Source: Nemertoderma westbladi (Eukaryota > Animalia > Xenacoelomorpha). From it: a stretch of DNA of 58,824 nucleotides. This document shows, one piece after another, positions 22,010-33,600 of the stretch. The DNA is taken from the NCBI GenBank assembly GCA_032718475.1, contig JAUCBJ010003222.1:1-58824 (forward strand), in the 5' to 3' direction. How positions within the stretch are numbered: position 1 is the stretch's first letter; each line of letters starts with the position of its first letter. The notes beneath the pieces were generated by a model that worked only from the letters and a program-made list of their open reading frames with translations, made no database searches and had not been told where the DNA came from. The position numbers and the translations under genes were made by a program.

Positions 22010-23672
22010 GGAAAGCATGCTGCCATGCAACTTGCAAGGAATGCAGTAAAGAATTGAAAGGCCTAGTGACTCGTTTAAAACATCATATAACCATCTGTAC
22101 TGGCAACGGCAAAGTGAATGTGATTGAAGAAGGTGAGAATTGTATAGCGGTACCAACGACAACCGATGAATCAAGGAGTGTTTCTACCACTAGCCTCAAG
22201 CGTTCAGAAACAGACACTCCTTATTTAGAACCAAACACATTACGAAAGGTACAAAAACAGGGGACAATGAATAAATTCGTTTGTAAGACATCGAAATCAG
22301 AGAAAGATCTGTTAGATTTACAGGTAGCTCGTTTTATATATGCCACCAATACATCGACGCTGTTTCTCACCCAGAATTTATTGCACTGATCAAGATGTTA
22401 TGGCCCGGGTACAAACCCCCAAGCAGGTTTGATGTTAGTAAAAGATTGTTGGACATAGAGTACACGATGATGTAATGTCAAAGTGTAAGGAGGAGAAGCT
22501 GGATAATAGGGATGTTTGTATGTCCTTGGATGGTTGGAGTAATGTTCGAAATGATTCCCTTATCTGTATGTCTGTCACTACTCCAGATGGAGATACATTT
22601 CTTACTGAAACCATTGACACTGCTGGAAAATCACACACTGGAGACTACTTGCAAGAGGTTGCAGAAGAAGCACGTGATTCCTGTGAGAAAGAGTTTGGCT
22701 GTTCTGTTCGAAGCTTTGTGACAGACAATGCATCAAATATGGGTAAACTAAGAACAAATTTAATGAAGAATGATGAACATATTGTGACCTACGGATGCAC
22801 AGCCCACGTTTTAAATCTTTTTGCTCAGGATGTGGAAATTAAGGGTGTCCAGGAAGATATCCTATCGATAGTCAAGTACTTCCGCAATCACCACCTGCCA
22901 GCTTCATGGTACAAGGAAGGCAACTGGAGGGAAGGCTCTCATTATGCCGCAAGAAGTCCATTGGAATACGATGTCTGATTGTCTAGAGCGATATTTAGAG
23001 AGTTGGCCTCTATTATTGAACATCTGTGAAGAACATCGGAGTGACATAGACAGTACAACAGCAGCGAAAGTGAAGAATATTAGCATCAAACGCAATGCTG
23101 AAGATCTCCTTGCCCGTCTGAAACAAATTGCAGTTGCCTTGGATCGCGTCCAAACTTCTACTTGTTCAATTGGAATGGCAGTTGATGTCTGGGAAAGACT
23201 TAGTGAAGATCTGAATGGTCAACCAGCATCTGTAATGAAGCACTTCAAAGAAAGGAAATCCTTTGCACTTACTCCGGCACATTTCCTAGGCAACATTGTT
23301 GATCCGAGATATAGAGGTAAAAACTTGACAGTTGACGAAATGGACAGTGCTTTGACTTACGCAGGGCAAAGAAAGATTCTTCCAACAATTATTAACTATC
23401 GAGCTCAGACTGGCCCATTCAAGGGATATATGTTCTCTGACGAAGTAACACAATCTGTGAGTCCAATGGCCTGGTGGAAGTCCCAGGAACAGGAGGTTGG
23501 TGAGAAGACATTATCAACGATCTACCAGCTGCTTAGTGCTATGTCATCAAGTGCCAGCCTTGAGAATATTTTCTCCACATTTGGATTTATTCACTCCAAA
23601 GTACGTAATCGTTTGGGTGTAGAAAAGGCAAGCAAGCTCATATTCATTTACAAACTGTTAAATTCTAAATAA
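22010..23672 (+). pseudogene. hAT transposase (BED finger, DUF659-type core, dimerisation domain), frameshifted
   Basis: CKEC..LKHHITIC; SLDGWSN; VTDNASNM; GCTAHVLNL; WWKS...SSASLENIFS...RNRL, spread over ORFs 22054, 22475 and 22944. Confidence 0.9.
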
Positions 23673-24015
23673 TAACTCCAACCAATCAGCCCCAATATCA
23701 CTCACGAATTATTATATAATGTAATTAATAATTGTAATAATTCTAATAGCTATTTGTAATAATGTTTTAATTGTTTTAATTTGTTAATGTTTTAATTTTT
23801 TATATAATAATTGTAATGATTTCACTGTATTAATTAAGTTGTATTAATTCTTTGTTTTGTTTACTTGGTTTATATTCGAATATTAAGAAGGTGCATTGGT
23901 AAAGCCAGAAGTCTTCACAATGTTTTCATATCAAATCTGACTTAACTAAAAAAATATATTTTAAATCAAAAAAATCTGATTTAAACCAAAAAAATCATGA
24001 TTTTTATCAACCCTG

Positions 24016-24695
24016 GCATCGTCGCTTGTTATCCCTACATTCCCTGTATTTCGTACGAAATACGGCGGCAGTATCGCTTTTAAACTTCGAGTGTTTAAAT
24101 TTGAATTCTGGATAAACTGATATCACAGAATCCCCAATAATATTAAGGTCGGTAATGCCACATTCCTCAAAGTCTGCACTGAACGTACGTAAACATACAA
24201 CGTACGTACGTACAATAAAGAACCGCCAAGAGCGACCTCTTTCTCATTCAAATCAATGAATGGGACATCCACAAATTTCCCCCGTACTCTGGTAGACGCT
24301 GGTGGTTGGTAGTTCTCCTTTCCATTAATAAACTTTCTTTTGAGACTGGGTCTTTTGTTGAAAGGCCTAGATGTTGGGGTAGGGGGAGTAACGACACTGC
24401 CGGTACGCCAACTTGTACTTTCAACATTGCCAACCTGATAAGTAGTAGATGTCGATGAGGACCGGGGTACCACGGGGTTGACAACATCTACTTGGCAATC
24501 GGGACACACTTGCCAGTGTGATTTAATTTCTAATCCATAACATACTTTTTTTCGTGTTAATTCAGTTCTACATGCCGGACACACAGCCCACTTACTAAGT
24601 ACATCTTCATCGCAATTCAGGCATGACCCAGCGCTAGCGGTATTCATTGCCCAATATGCAATAGGCCTACCCGAGTTCACAGCACAATCCTGCAT
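24016..24695 (-). pseudogene. Double-zinc-ribbon-containing exon, continuing across the hAT insertion to ~21252
   Basis: CLNC..W.VCPAC..C...W.VCPDC; a second frame DFEECG...FRTKYRECRDNKRR|RIKLVAAA|GTAGGT reads through the empty hAT site. Confidence 0.5.
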
Positions 24696-27489
24696 TCAGC
24701 ATTCACAGCTGTACAGGTTGACAGTGGACAGGCGGTCGGTCTGTCATGGTACCTCCTGACCTCTGGCTGTCCTTTACTACAGCAGTACAAGCTGACTGAT
24801 AATCAGTATATGACTGTATGACGCAGTTAGGGTAGGGGATAGCAGGATTGCAGACTACCGGTGCCAGTAGTGCAGGAGTGTGTAGGCCTACACACTGTGT
24901 AGAAGAACGTAGAGCAAGACTGCAGGATTAATACAGCAACATGAAGTGTGTAGTACGGTACCGGAGAGCAGTAGGGTGTCCCAGTAGTTGTGGTCAGGTA
25001 GACATGTGGCTAAGTTGCAAGTCACAGGTTCCGGTAAGCATTAGTAGTTGCAATACAAACCAACTATACAATTGAAGAACACATTTAATATAGTCAGCCA
25101 ATAGCCAAAATAGCTTTTGTGTACACGTTTCTTGGATTATACTAATAAATAGCTTCAAGGTTGTTGTTTATCTTTAATTATGTTGCACTCCACTCATCTG
25201 TACTACAAATATATCTTGATAGCGGTGTGCTCGCAATACAAATGGTGATGGAATTTTTTCTGATGTTAATATGAAATAACCATATATTTCGGGTTTCAAC
25301 TGTTTCCAATTCCGATACGTGATAATCCATTATGTGAACGAGATAACCTTTATTTTTTAACATATCAAATTCAAATAGGGCATCTTTTCCAGCATCATAT
25401 AAAAAGACTCTCCGGAGAAGACCAAATTCTGGATCATCGCATCTGTGTTCAACCGATTAACACAAACCCAGTAGAAGTAAGGGGAGTGCTGATATAATCC
25501 TGTAATGAATATCGGAGTTAATATAAGAGTTTAAGATTCAAGTAATTTCTAATTGGCACGATTTCTCAGCAAAATATAAATAATGACAGCTTTATTATTT
25601 AGTGCTGAATTTACGTCGATATCCTGCGCCATTCATTGCATGTTAGTTTGAGTGGCATCTTTCCAACCTTTCAAGTAATTGCCAAGAGATATGAGCCTTG
25701 AGTTTGTCACTGAGACATTAGCCCTATGGCTACCCCCAGGGTTTCAGGTTTCGCATTGACAGACACATTTTCTTTACTGCTGTAAATTTTACAATCAATA
25801 TGGCAAAGTCCAAAATAGTGTAATAATAAATAATTGATAATATGATAATGCAATTAATTATATTGTGTCTGTTTATTGTGACTGTCTCCTTAATATTATC
25901 TTGTGAAATCAGTCGAACAGTGTTTCCAGTTTGGGCTTTGTTTCGTTGCGACTTTGTATTTGCCACAATTTGAGTATTAAAAGCTGATGTTTTGAGGACC
26001 CCCTTGAAAACGAGATGCAACATGTTGAGGTTACCCTGCTTGAAGCAACCTTATTATATGTTTTACTTAAAAGCTTTCCAATATTATCACCCCTCATGAG
26101 AATGGTACAATATTTAGAATAATAGAGCTGTCCTAATTAGGAAATGGGATAAATACGTACTGACATATGGATATTTCCTTTGCGAAATCCCTATTTAAAA
26201 AAAAAAAACCTTACATTAAACAACCAATGGGCATTAAGGAATGATGTCAATGACATTTTAAGATATTTGATACTGTGGTACTTCCGGCCAATGGAACCTT
26301 CATTAAGTATTCCAGTCTTTACATTGCACGCATGTATGTTCAACATCCACCACTTTGTTTGAGTACCGGTATTAGTACTGCAGTACAAGTACCATACTGC
26401 ACACTCCAGAGTCACAGTTGCCTTAGACAGCAGGGCAAACGAGGCTGCTTGGCTTACCGGTACCAATTATTTTGCAGTTGGCAAAAACTGTCTAGGCCTA
26501 TCGAGTTTTGAAGCCTACCATATTGTTGGTCACCCAGTCGCCGGTCCCACCCCGTCTGCAACACTTCGTCACTGCACACTGCCGCTGCTAATGGTAGGTT
26601 ACTTTTTCGTCATACCTGCAAGAAAAGGACTAGGCTCACCGGGTAGGCCACTGGAACGCTACATGTTCGTAAATAATAATAGATGAGCCTTCTACAAATC
26701 TATGCCTACGGGCTTGGGCAGACGAAATCGTAGATATTCAGAGATTGTAGACAGGTAGATGAGCCGGGTGCCGGTATTGGCCTTTTTTTCCACTTAACAT
26801 GTCTAGATTTAGGCCTATGTCTGTATGTCTGAAGGTTCCCCCTACTTTTTGTTTACAGGTTTACCAGTTCGGATTTTCAGCCATTTGCAGTCAATTTAAA
26901 AACTGTTTAGCTAGGCGTACCGGCAGACCAGTCAGGTATATCCCTACTCCCAGTCTTCTGCACACTCACACTACCATCTGACCGTAATTATTCGGCCTCA
27001 AATACAATAAACATTTCATTTATAGATTGATACACTTGTTTTCTTATTTGGCTTAATATTCTTCTGTATTCTTCTGCTATTTTGTCATTATTATTAGTAT
27101 TACCGTACTTTTCGATTATTTGCATTACTGCGATTATAAGATTATGGTCAAGAAAATTCATTGCAGCCATTGTGGGGGGAAGGTTGGTCCGCCCAACCAT
27201 CGGAGGTCAACCTGTCCCCTCAGGAACATTCCAGAGGATGTTCCTCTACAGCCTTTTAATTTTTAAATTAATTAATTAATTTTAAATTAATTTAATATAA
27301 TAATATAATAATTTAATAAATTAATAAAAAAATTAATAATTTAATAAATTAATTCCAAATTAATTTTTGTTATTTGATAAATATGTGTTATTATTTTATT
27401 GAACGTCATGTTTATATATATTTATTTTTGTATAATTAATAATTGTTCTATCATTATATCTGAAATATATTACATTAATATAATGTATA

Positions 27490-27970
27490 TATAATTAATT
27501 GCTTTAATAATAAAAGATTCATTTTTAAACTCTACATCAACTAGAAAACTATCTGCAATTTTCTTCTTACCAATGCAGTCATATATTTGTTGAAACAATG
27601 TTTTGAACTTAGTTTGAAACATCATGAGAGGATGCATGTTATAAATGTAAAGATAGATCAACATCACATTGATGATAGGGGGATCCACCCACTCCACTGG
27701 CGTCTGATTTTAATTTCAATAGGTAAGACATAACTTCTTGGTTTGTTGGTAGACGACCATTTGGAAGACTCACTGTCGTGAAATATCCTACTGTTCTCTC
27801 ATTCAGTATTCTCAGGAGACCAGGCAATGTTAGACACATGTTCCTTACACATTATGAAATTAGACATTCTCTTCTTTGGTGTCTTTCGACGATCTTCAAA
27901 AGCTTCATTGCCGATAATTATTAAGTCCTGCTTCTGGAATACAGATGATCTTGTAATTAAAGTATTCATC
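27490..27970 (-). pseudogene. Internally deleted hATw-like transposase remnant (also 30455-30643 + 35085-35385 and 37865-38345)
   Basis: YFTTVSLPNGRLPTNQEV and NMHPLMMFQTKFK...FLVDVEFKNESFIIKAI match YFPTLESFPNGKLPTIAQV and NIHPLMMFQ...FLVDLDMHHESFIIKAI of ORF 31412. Confidence 0.88.
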
Positions 27971-28166
27971 TCCTGCTGTGTAATGTAGGCCTATACCCCG
28001 TACTGACATATTATTCGGCCTCAAATACAGTAAACATTTCATATACAGATTGATACACTTGTTTTCTTATTTGGCTTAATATTCTTCTGTATTCTTCTGC
28101 TATTTTGCCATTATTATTAGTATTACCGTACTTTTCGATTATTTGCATTACTGTGATTATAAGATT

Positions 28167-29595
28167 ATGGTCAAGCAAATTCGTTGCAGCCATTGTGGGG
28201 GGAAGGTTGGTCCGGCCAACCATCGGAGGCCAACCTGTCCCCTCAGGAACATTCCAGAGGATGCTCCTCTACAGCCTCCTCCTGCTCCACCAACCCCTAC
28301 TGCTCCTCTAGTAGTGCCGGTACTGGTGCAATCTCGGTCGTTTGCCGAGGTTGTGTGACTTCCGGTACCGGTACGACCAACCATTCTCCGTGCTGCTGCC
28401 TCTCTAATAACCACCCAACCTCTCGTAACCAACTGCTCCACTCCACCCACCGCTCCTCTGCAGCCCTCTTCTGCTGCTCTTCTAATCCCTCTAGGAATTC
28501 GACTCGTCTCTTCTCCGCCGATTTCCCAATCTGCCCTCCACCACCGTCTCATAGCCCTCCCGCCAACGCTTCACTCCTCCTACCTTTGGACCCCTCCGCA
28601 ACATTGCTCCTCAACCAGTACGTCCATAGTTTGTTATCCCTATACCTGCCCCTCGTCGCCGTTTTATGTCCCCTCCCCAACTGGCTCCTCTTCAATGTTT
28701 TGTCTCCCCTCCCCAACCCGCCCCCCGTTTCATCTCCTCCCCCCAACCTGCCCTCCGTTTCATCCCATCTCCCCAACCTGCCCACCGTTTTATCTCCTAT
28801 CCCCAACCTGCCCCCCCCCCCCCCCCCCCCGTTTCATATCCTCTCCCCAACCTGCCCCCCTTTTAATCTCCTCTCCCCCACCATCCCCACAACGTTGATT
28901 TATCTCCCCGCAATCCTCCCCCACCCCTATGTCACCTGATTTTACCCCCCCAGTTTCCCCGATGATGACCACCCCACCGCCGTCATCATTCATTACTGTC
29001 TCTCGCCGACGTCCCCTTCCTCAACTTTCTCCCCCCGCTTCTCCTTTCTCCCCAACCGCAGTTACTGTTTCTCCCGGTTCCCGCTTCTCTCCAATTGCTC
29101 CTCATCCATCTACTTCTCCACCTACTTCCCGCTCCTCAAAGACCCGCTCCCCAAAGACCCCCACCACCACCACCACCCGCCCTAAGAAGACCCCTCGCCC
29201 TACTACACCAACCGCTACCACCACCACCCGCCCTAAGAAGACCCTTCTCCCTACTACACCAACCGCTACCACCACCACCCGCCCTAAGAAGACCCCTTGC
29301 CCTACTACACCAACCGCTACCACCACCACCCGCCCTAAGAAGACCCTCGCCCTACTACACCAACCGCTACCACCACCACCCGCCCTAGGAAGACCACTCG
29401 CCCTACTACACCCACCACTACCTCACCTACCATCTACGACTCTGCAACTCCTTCACCGACCTTCCAACTCTCTCAGCTGTCATTCTCCTCCTCTCCTTCT
29501 ACCTCGTGCTGCTCCGCCAGGGAGCCTCTCTATCTCCGTCGGCAGTGGCGCGCGAAGCGTCTTCATTCGGCCATGGGCGACGCCCATACAAGTGG
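28167..29595 (+). pseudogene. Zinc-knuckle plus Pro/Thr-rich repeat coding remnant (copies at 35580 and 38541)
   Basis: MVKQIRCSHCGGKVGPANHRRPTCP (CCHC-like), TGA at 28356, then 30-bp SPTCPPF repeats and 48-bp TTPTATTTTRPKKT repeats; ends at a possible donor G|GTTAGT. Confidence 0.45.
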
Positions 29596-29739
29596 TTAGT
29601 TTATTACTTTTATTTATAGTTTATCAATATTCTAGTAAATGAAGTAGCTTAATTATTTGTGGTAGGAGAATTATTGAGGTGTTTGTTATTTGATAAATAA
29701 TAATTTTTATTATTTATTTTATTTTTATTTATTTATTAT

Positions 29740-29928
29740 GTCCTGATGGCTACAGCTGCTATTGAAAAGCGTAGATAATTTGTTTTGCCGCGATCCGGTG
29801 TTCCGAATATTGAAACTTTTTGGCTGTAGCTAGGTGCACAAAGGGTCCAGATATTCTCCTGGGATATCCACCCTCAGGCTGTCAACCATAGGGAGCCTTC
29901 GGGCCGCCTTTGGGCTAATTTGTGCACT
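29740..29928 (+). ncRNA. HDV-like self-cleaving ribozyme fold, copy 1
   Basis: P1 GUCCUGA(29740-46)/UCAGGCU(29874-80) with G1.U wobble and one mismatch; P2 GGUGCACAAA/UUUGUGCACU; P3 GGG/CCC; L3 begins UCC; P4 CCAUAGG/CCUUUGG capped by GCC-UUCG-GGC; J4/2 GCUAA (catalytic C at 29915). Confidence 0.72.
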
Positions 29929-30300
29929 GACCACTGCGGACGATCATAAGTTTGGGCAAAATCCTGACTTATATACGAAATTCTGCTTAAAGAAAACAAG
30001 CGTAATCACAAAGTCCGAAGTCACGGGACTGACTCCCTTAGTCAGGAACTTTCTTCTCAAAGTTTTGAGATAACAAACGCAAACCAATCATAGCCGCTGT
30101 GAAGCGGTGTATCCTACGGACCGGAAACGTTAACCAGGAGCTATTTACTCTGCCCGACGTGGGTAAACCACAAGCGAAAACTCGTATACAGCCCAGCCTC
30201 TACTGGGCCCCCCACGAACAAAAAGGGAACACCAAGAACCTTTCGGAAAGACCACATCATATAGAGACAAAGAGAGACTGATCTGAAATGTTATTATTAT
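29740..30300 (+). mobile_element. Short internally deleted RTE derivative (ribozyme head plus RTE 3' end), copy 1
   Basis: Starts at the predicted ribozyme G1; 3' part encodes a WAP..KGTPRTFRKDHI RTE-like C-terminal relic; (TTA)n tail; TSD-like AT-rich flanks. Confidence 0.6.
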
Positions 30301-30643
30301 TATTTATTTTATTATTATTTATTATTAATTTTTGTTATTTGATAAATATGTGTTATTATTTTATTGAACGTCATGTTTATATATATTTATTTTTGTATAA
30401 TTAATAATTGTTCTATCATTATATCTGAAATATATTACATTAATATAATGTATATATAATTAATTGCTTTAATAATAAAAGATTCATTTTTAAACTCTAC
30501 ATCAACTAGAAAACTATCTGCAATTTTCTTCTTACCAATGCAGTCATATATTTGTTGAAACAATGTTTTGAACTTAGTTTGAAACATCATGAGAGGATGC
30601 ATGTTATAAATGTAAAGATAGATCAACATCACATTGATGATAG

Positions 30644-33600
30644 TAGGGGGAGATGTTAGGTCACAAACAGTATTGGCTACCATCCACAAAGTTGTGTCCA
30701 TGTATCCTGTCACCGAAAATAACATCAAAACAGGGTAGGTGTCAAGTCCTAGGGTACCTACCCCCCTACTTAGATGCGCTTCCATCATATGCGACTGAAT
30801 GTAGTCTAGCGGGTTAACCGCTCTCACTAATTATGCAAAAAAAACGTAAAATTCAGAATTAATTATGTAAACTATCATCAAAAATACACCTACAGGGTAG
30901 GTGGTCACGGTTAGGTCCTCAAAACAGATTAGATTCAAGTCCTAGGGTACCTTCCCCCACTTAGAACAGATTCCATCATGTGCGACAATGTAGTCTAGCG
31001 GTCCTGCAGTCAAATGTCGTGTCCTGGGGGTACCCCTGCTTTAGAATGTGTCATTGCCTGTGATGGGTCACCAAATGTAGGCCTAGTTTTGTGCTACATC
31101 CTCTTGGGAATTCTGTAATTTAGGAGTTAAGCACTTATCTTAGCATAGGCCTTTGGTGACTTAGTAATTTGTAGATCGAATGTAACATAGTTATAGGATC
31201 CAATGTAACATAATTGAGGTTACGTTCGATTCGTAAAAACTATGTTACGTTCGATCCTGATTACGTTCGGTCTGTCACCCCCACTCTTTATAGGCCTACC
31301 TACTGGTTGCAGTTCATTTCATATAATTTATACTATTGATACTTTGAATTCATTATATTGGATACTATATACAAAATTTAATCTAATTTAAACTCTTAGT
31401 ATATTTATCTAATGGAGTCTGAAGAACAAGAAGATTTTAATTTTCTTACAACTAGAGCGAGTCAATACAGCAGGAAAGCAGCTACAGAAGTAGAAGTTTC
31501 TACATCAGCAGCATCTTCATCAAGTCGTCCTGTAAGAAAGCTGCAAGTGATAAAATGCCAGAACCATTATCAAAAGAAGGATTTGGGAAAGGATTGCTCT
31601 GAGTGCATTTACTTTCCCACATTAGAGTCTTTTCCAAATGGAAAGCTCCCAACTATAGCTCAAGTGATTGGTTTAACTTTGGTGGCAAAACATGATGAAC
31701 AAAACCAAGCTCTGAAGGTTGACGTTATTTTAGATGTTGTATCAAATATGATGCTCCAATGGATATATTGCAACATTTACACTGTAACACGAAAGTCTGT
31801 AAGAAACAAATTGGAATCTTTATTAAAGGAATACTACTATCTTAAGGACTATCCTGCAACTAAAAAGAAATATACTTACTGGCAAAGGTTCCAGGATTTT
31901 CAGGCAAAGTGCAAGGGTCTCTTTGACATCAAATGTGACAGTAGCAAAGAGAAATCACAGGGACTAATATGGGGTGTTATGATGACTGATGATGATCGGA
32001 AATTCTATGAAAATCAGTGTTTGATGCCACAAGTTGGGTACTGTTCTTCTTTTGTGAATAGGAAATGGGCAGTATCTAGTGAAAGGCATAATAGAGAAAG
32101 TCTTAGCAAGTTAAAGGCAAAGGAGAAATCAGAGATTGAAAAAGAGAAGTTAAATCCTATTGCATGGTCTGATATTGAAGGTGGAATTTTGAGTGAAAGT
32201 AATGATGAAGGTAGCTTAGATGAAGGTGAATGCTTCGAATTGGCAACACCTAAGAAAAGAAAGTATCAATTTGATGATGTTCTTGAATCAGAAAATGACC
32301 AGATTATGTCATTTAATTATAGACATATCCGTAATGGACCAAGATCGGTACGGCCAGAGGTTTATACATTGATGCATAAGTTGTCATCAGAATTTCATAT
32401 GAGCAAAGCTCAAATAGAAGGTTCAATTATCAATGTAGCCAATACCCTATTTGGTAGAAATTGGAAAGCTTACAGTAATGATGATGCAACAACTGTTGAT
32501 ACACTGCCAAATCTGAGCAACTTAAGAAGAACCGAGCCATACATAGAAGCAATGGCCCTTAGCACTATTGTTGAGGATATAATGGAAGATAGTAATATGA
32601 CATCAATTACATACTCGAGTGATGGGTCAAGCATGAGTGGAGTAGGTAAATATGTTGTGCAATCACTCACAATTAATGGTGTGCAGAGAGCACTACCAAC
32701 ACTTGGGATTTTTACAGAATCCAGAGAGAGTCTGAAGGATCTCGAAATTATTACCTTAAAGATACTTTCAGCAGCAGTAGGTCACAAATATTCTGAAAAA
32801 GATATACTTAAGAAGATTTCGTTTGTGATGACTGATAGCACTGCTCATAACCTAAATGTCATTGAAAGTGTTTGTGAGGAGTTAGATGTTGATACTGTAC
32901 CTGGAACACTCTTATGCAACATTCATCCATTGATGATGTTTCAGTCAAATATTAAACAGCTTTGTCAAGAAATACATGATTCGTTAGGACCACGTAAGAT
33001 TAATGAATGTTTTCTGGTTGATCTTGACATGCATCATGAGTCATTCATTATCAAAGCAATTAAGTGTCTTTCGCATTTTATCAATCGAGACTTTTCAGCA
33101 AAACCTTGGAATAGGCAAGGTCATTTTGATGAGTTCATCAAACCAAAGGTAAACATGTCATTGTGTCTAAAAGACCACCGATTTAATAGGATTAATGACT
33201 GTTGTCTAAGCTTGCTTTATCATCTTGATGACATTGCGAACTATCTTGATACATTCAAGAATATTATGAATAACATATCGATTCTAGACCGCAGCTTTGT
33301 TGAGATGGAAATACTCAAACCAATATTGTGTACAATTTCATTAGTTGGAATTCATATTACTCGTCCTTTCGAGCATCTCCTCATGGACACATCAACTACA
33401 TACTCAATGCTGTTAAAGTCATTTCCAAAGCTATTTGCTGATCTTACGGAAATCCCAGCCATCAGATTCAGTTCCACATCAGAACAAGTTTGCACATTTG
33501 TCTCAAGTGAAATTTTTAAGAAGTCATTACCAAATCAATGCTTGTTAGATAACCTCAATCAAATTGCTAAGTGTTACAGCAGAGAAATTGAAGATCTGTT

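Larger units (their letters stand above)
21281..24015 (+). mobile_element. hAT DNA transposon (decayed)
   Basis: TIR CAGGGTTG/CAACCCTG; 8-bp TSD GCGTCATC / GCATCGTC; hAT transposase remnants. Confidence 0.9.

Noticed and set aside
25560-26470. Possible Crypton tyrosine-recombinase relic on the minus strand (NIGKLLSK...RVTST)
   Set aside because: Catalytic R-H-R-Y residues are not identifiable; too decayed to call.
29740-30290. Telomerase RNA, RNase P/MRP, snoRNA or hammerhead interpretation of the structured segment
   Set aside because: No CUAACCCU template, no complete P/MRP conserved regions, and CTGATGG lacks hammerhead stems; the HDV fold explains the pairings better.
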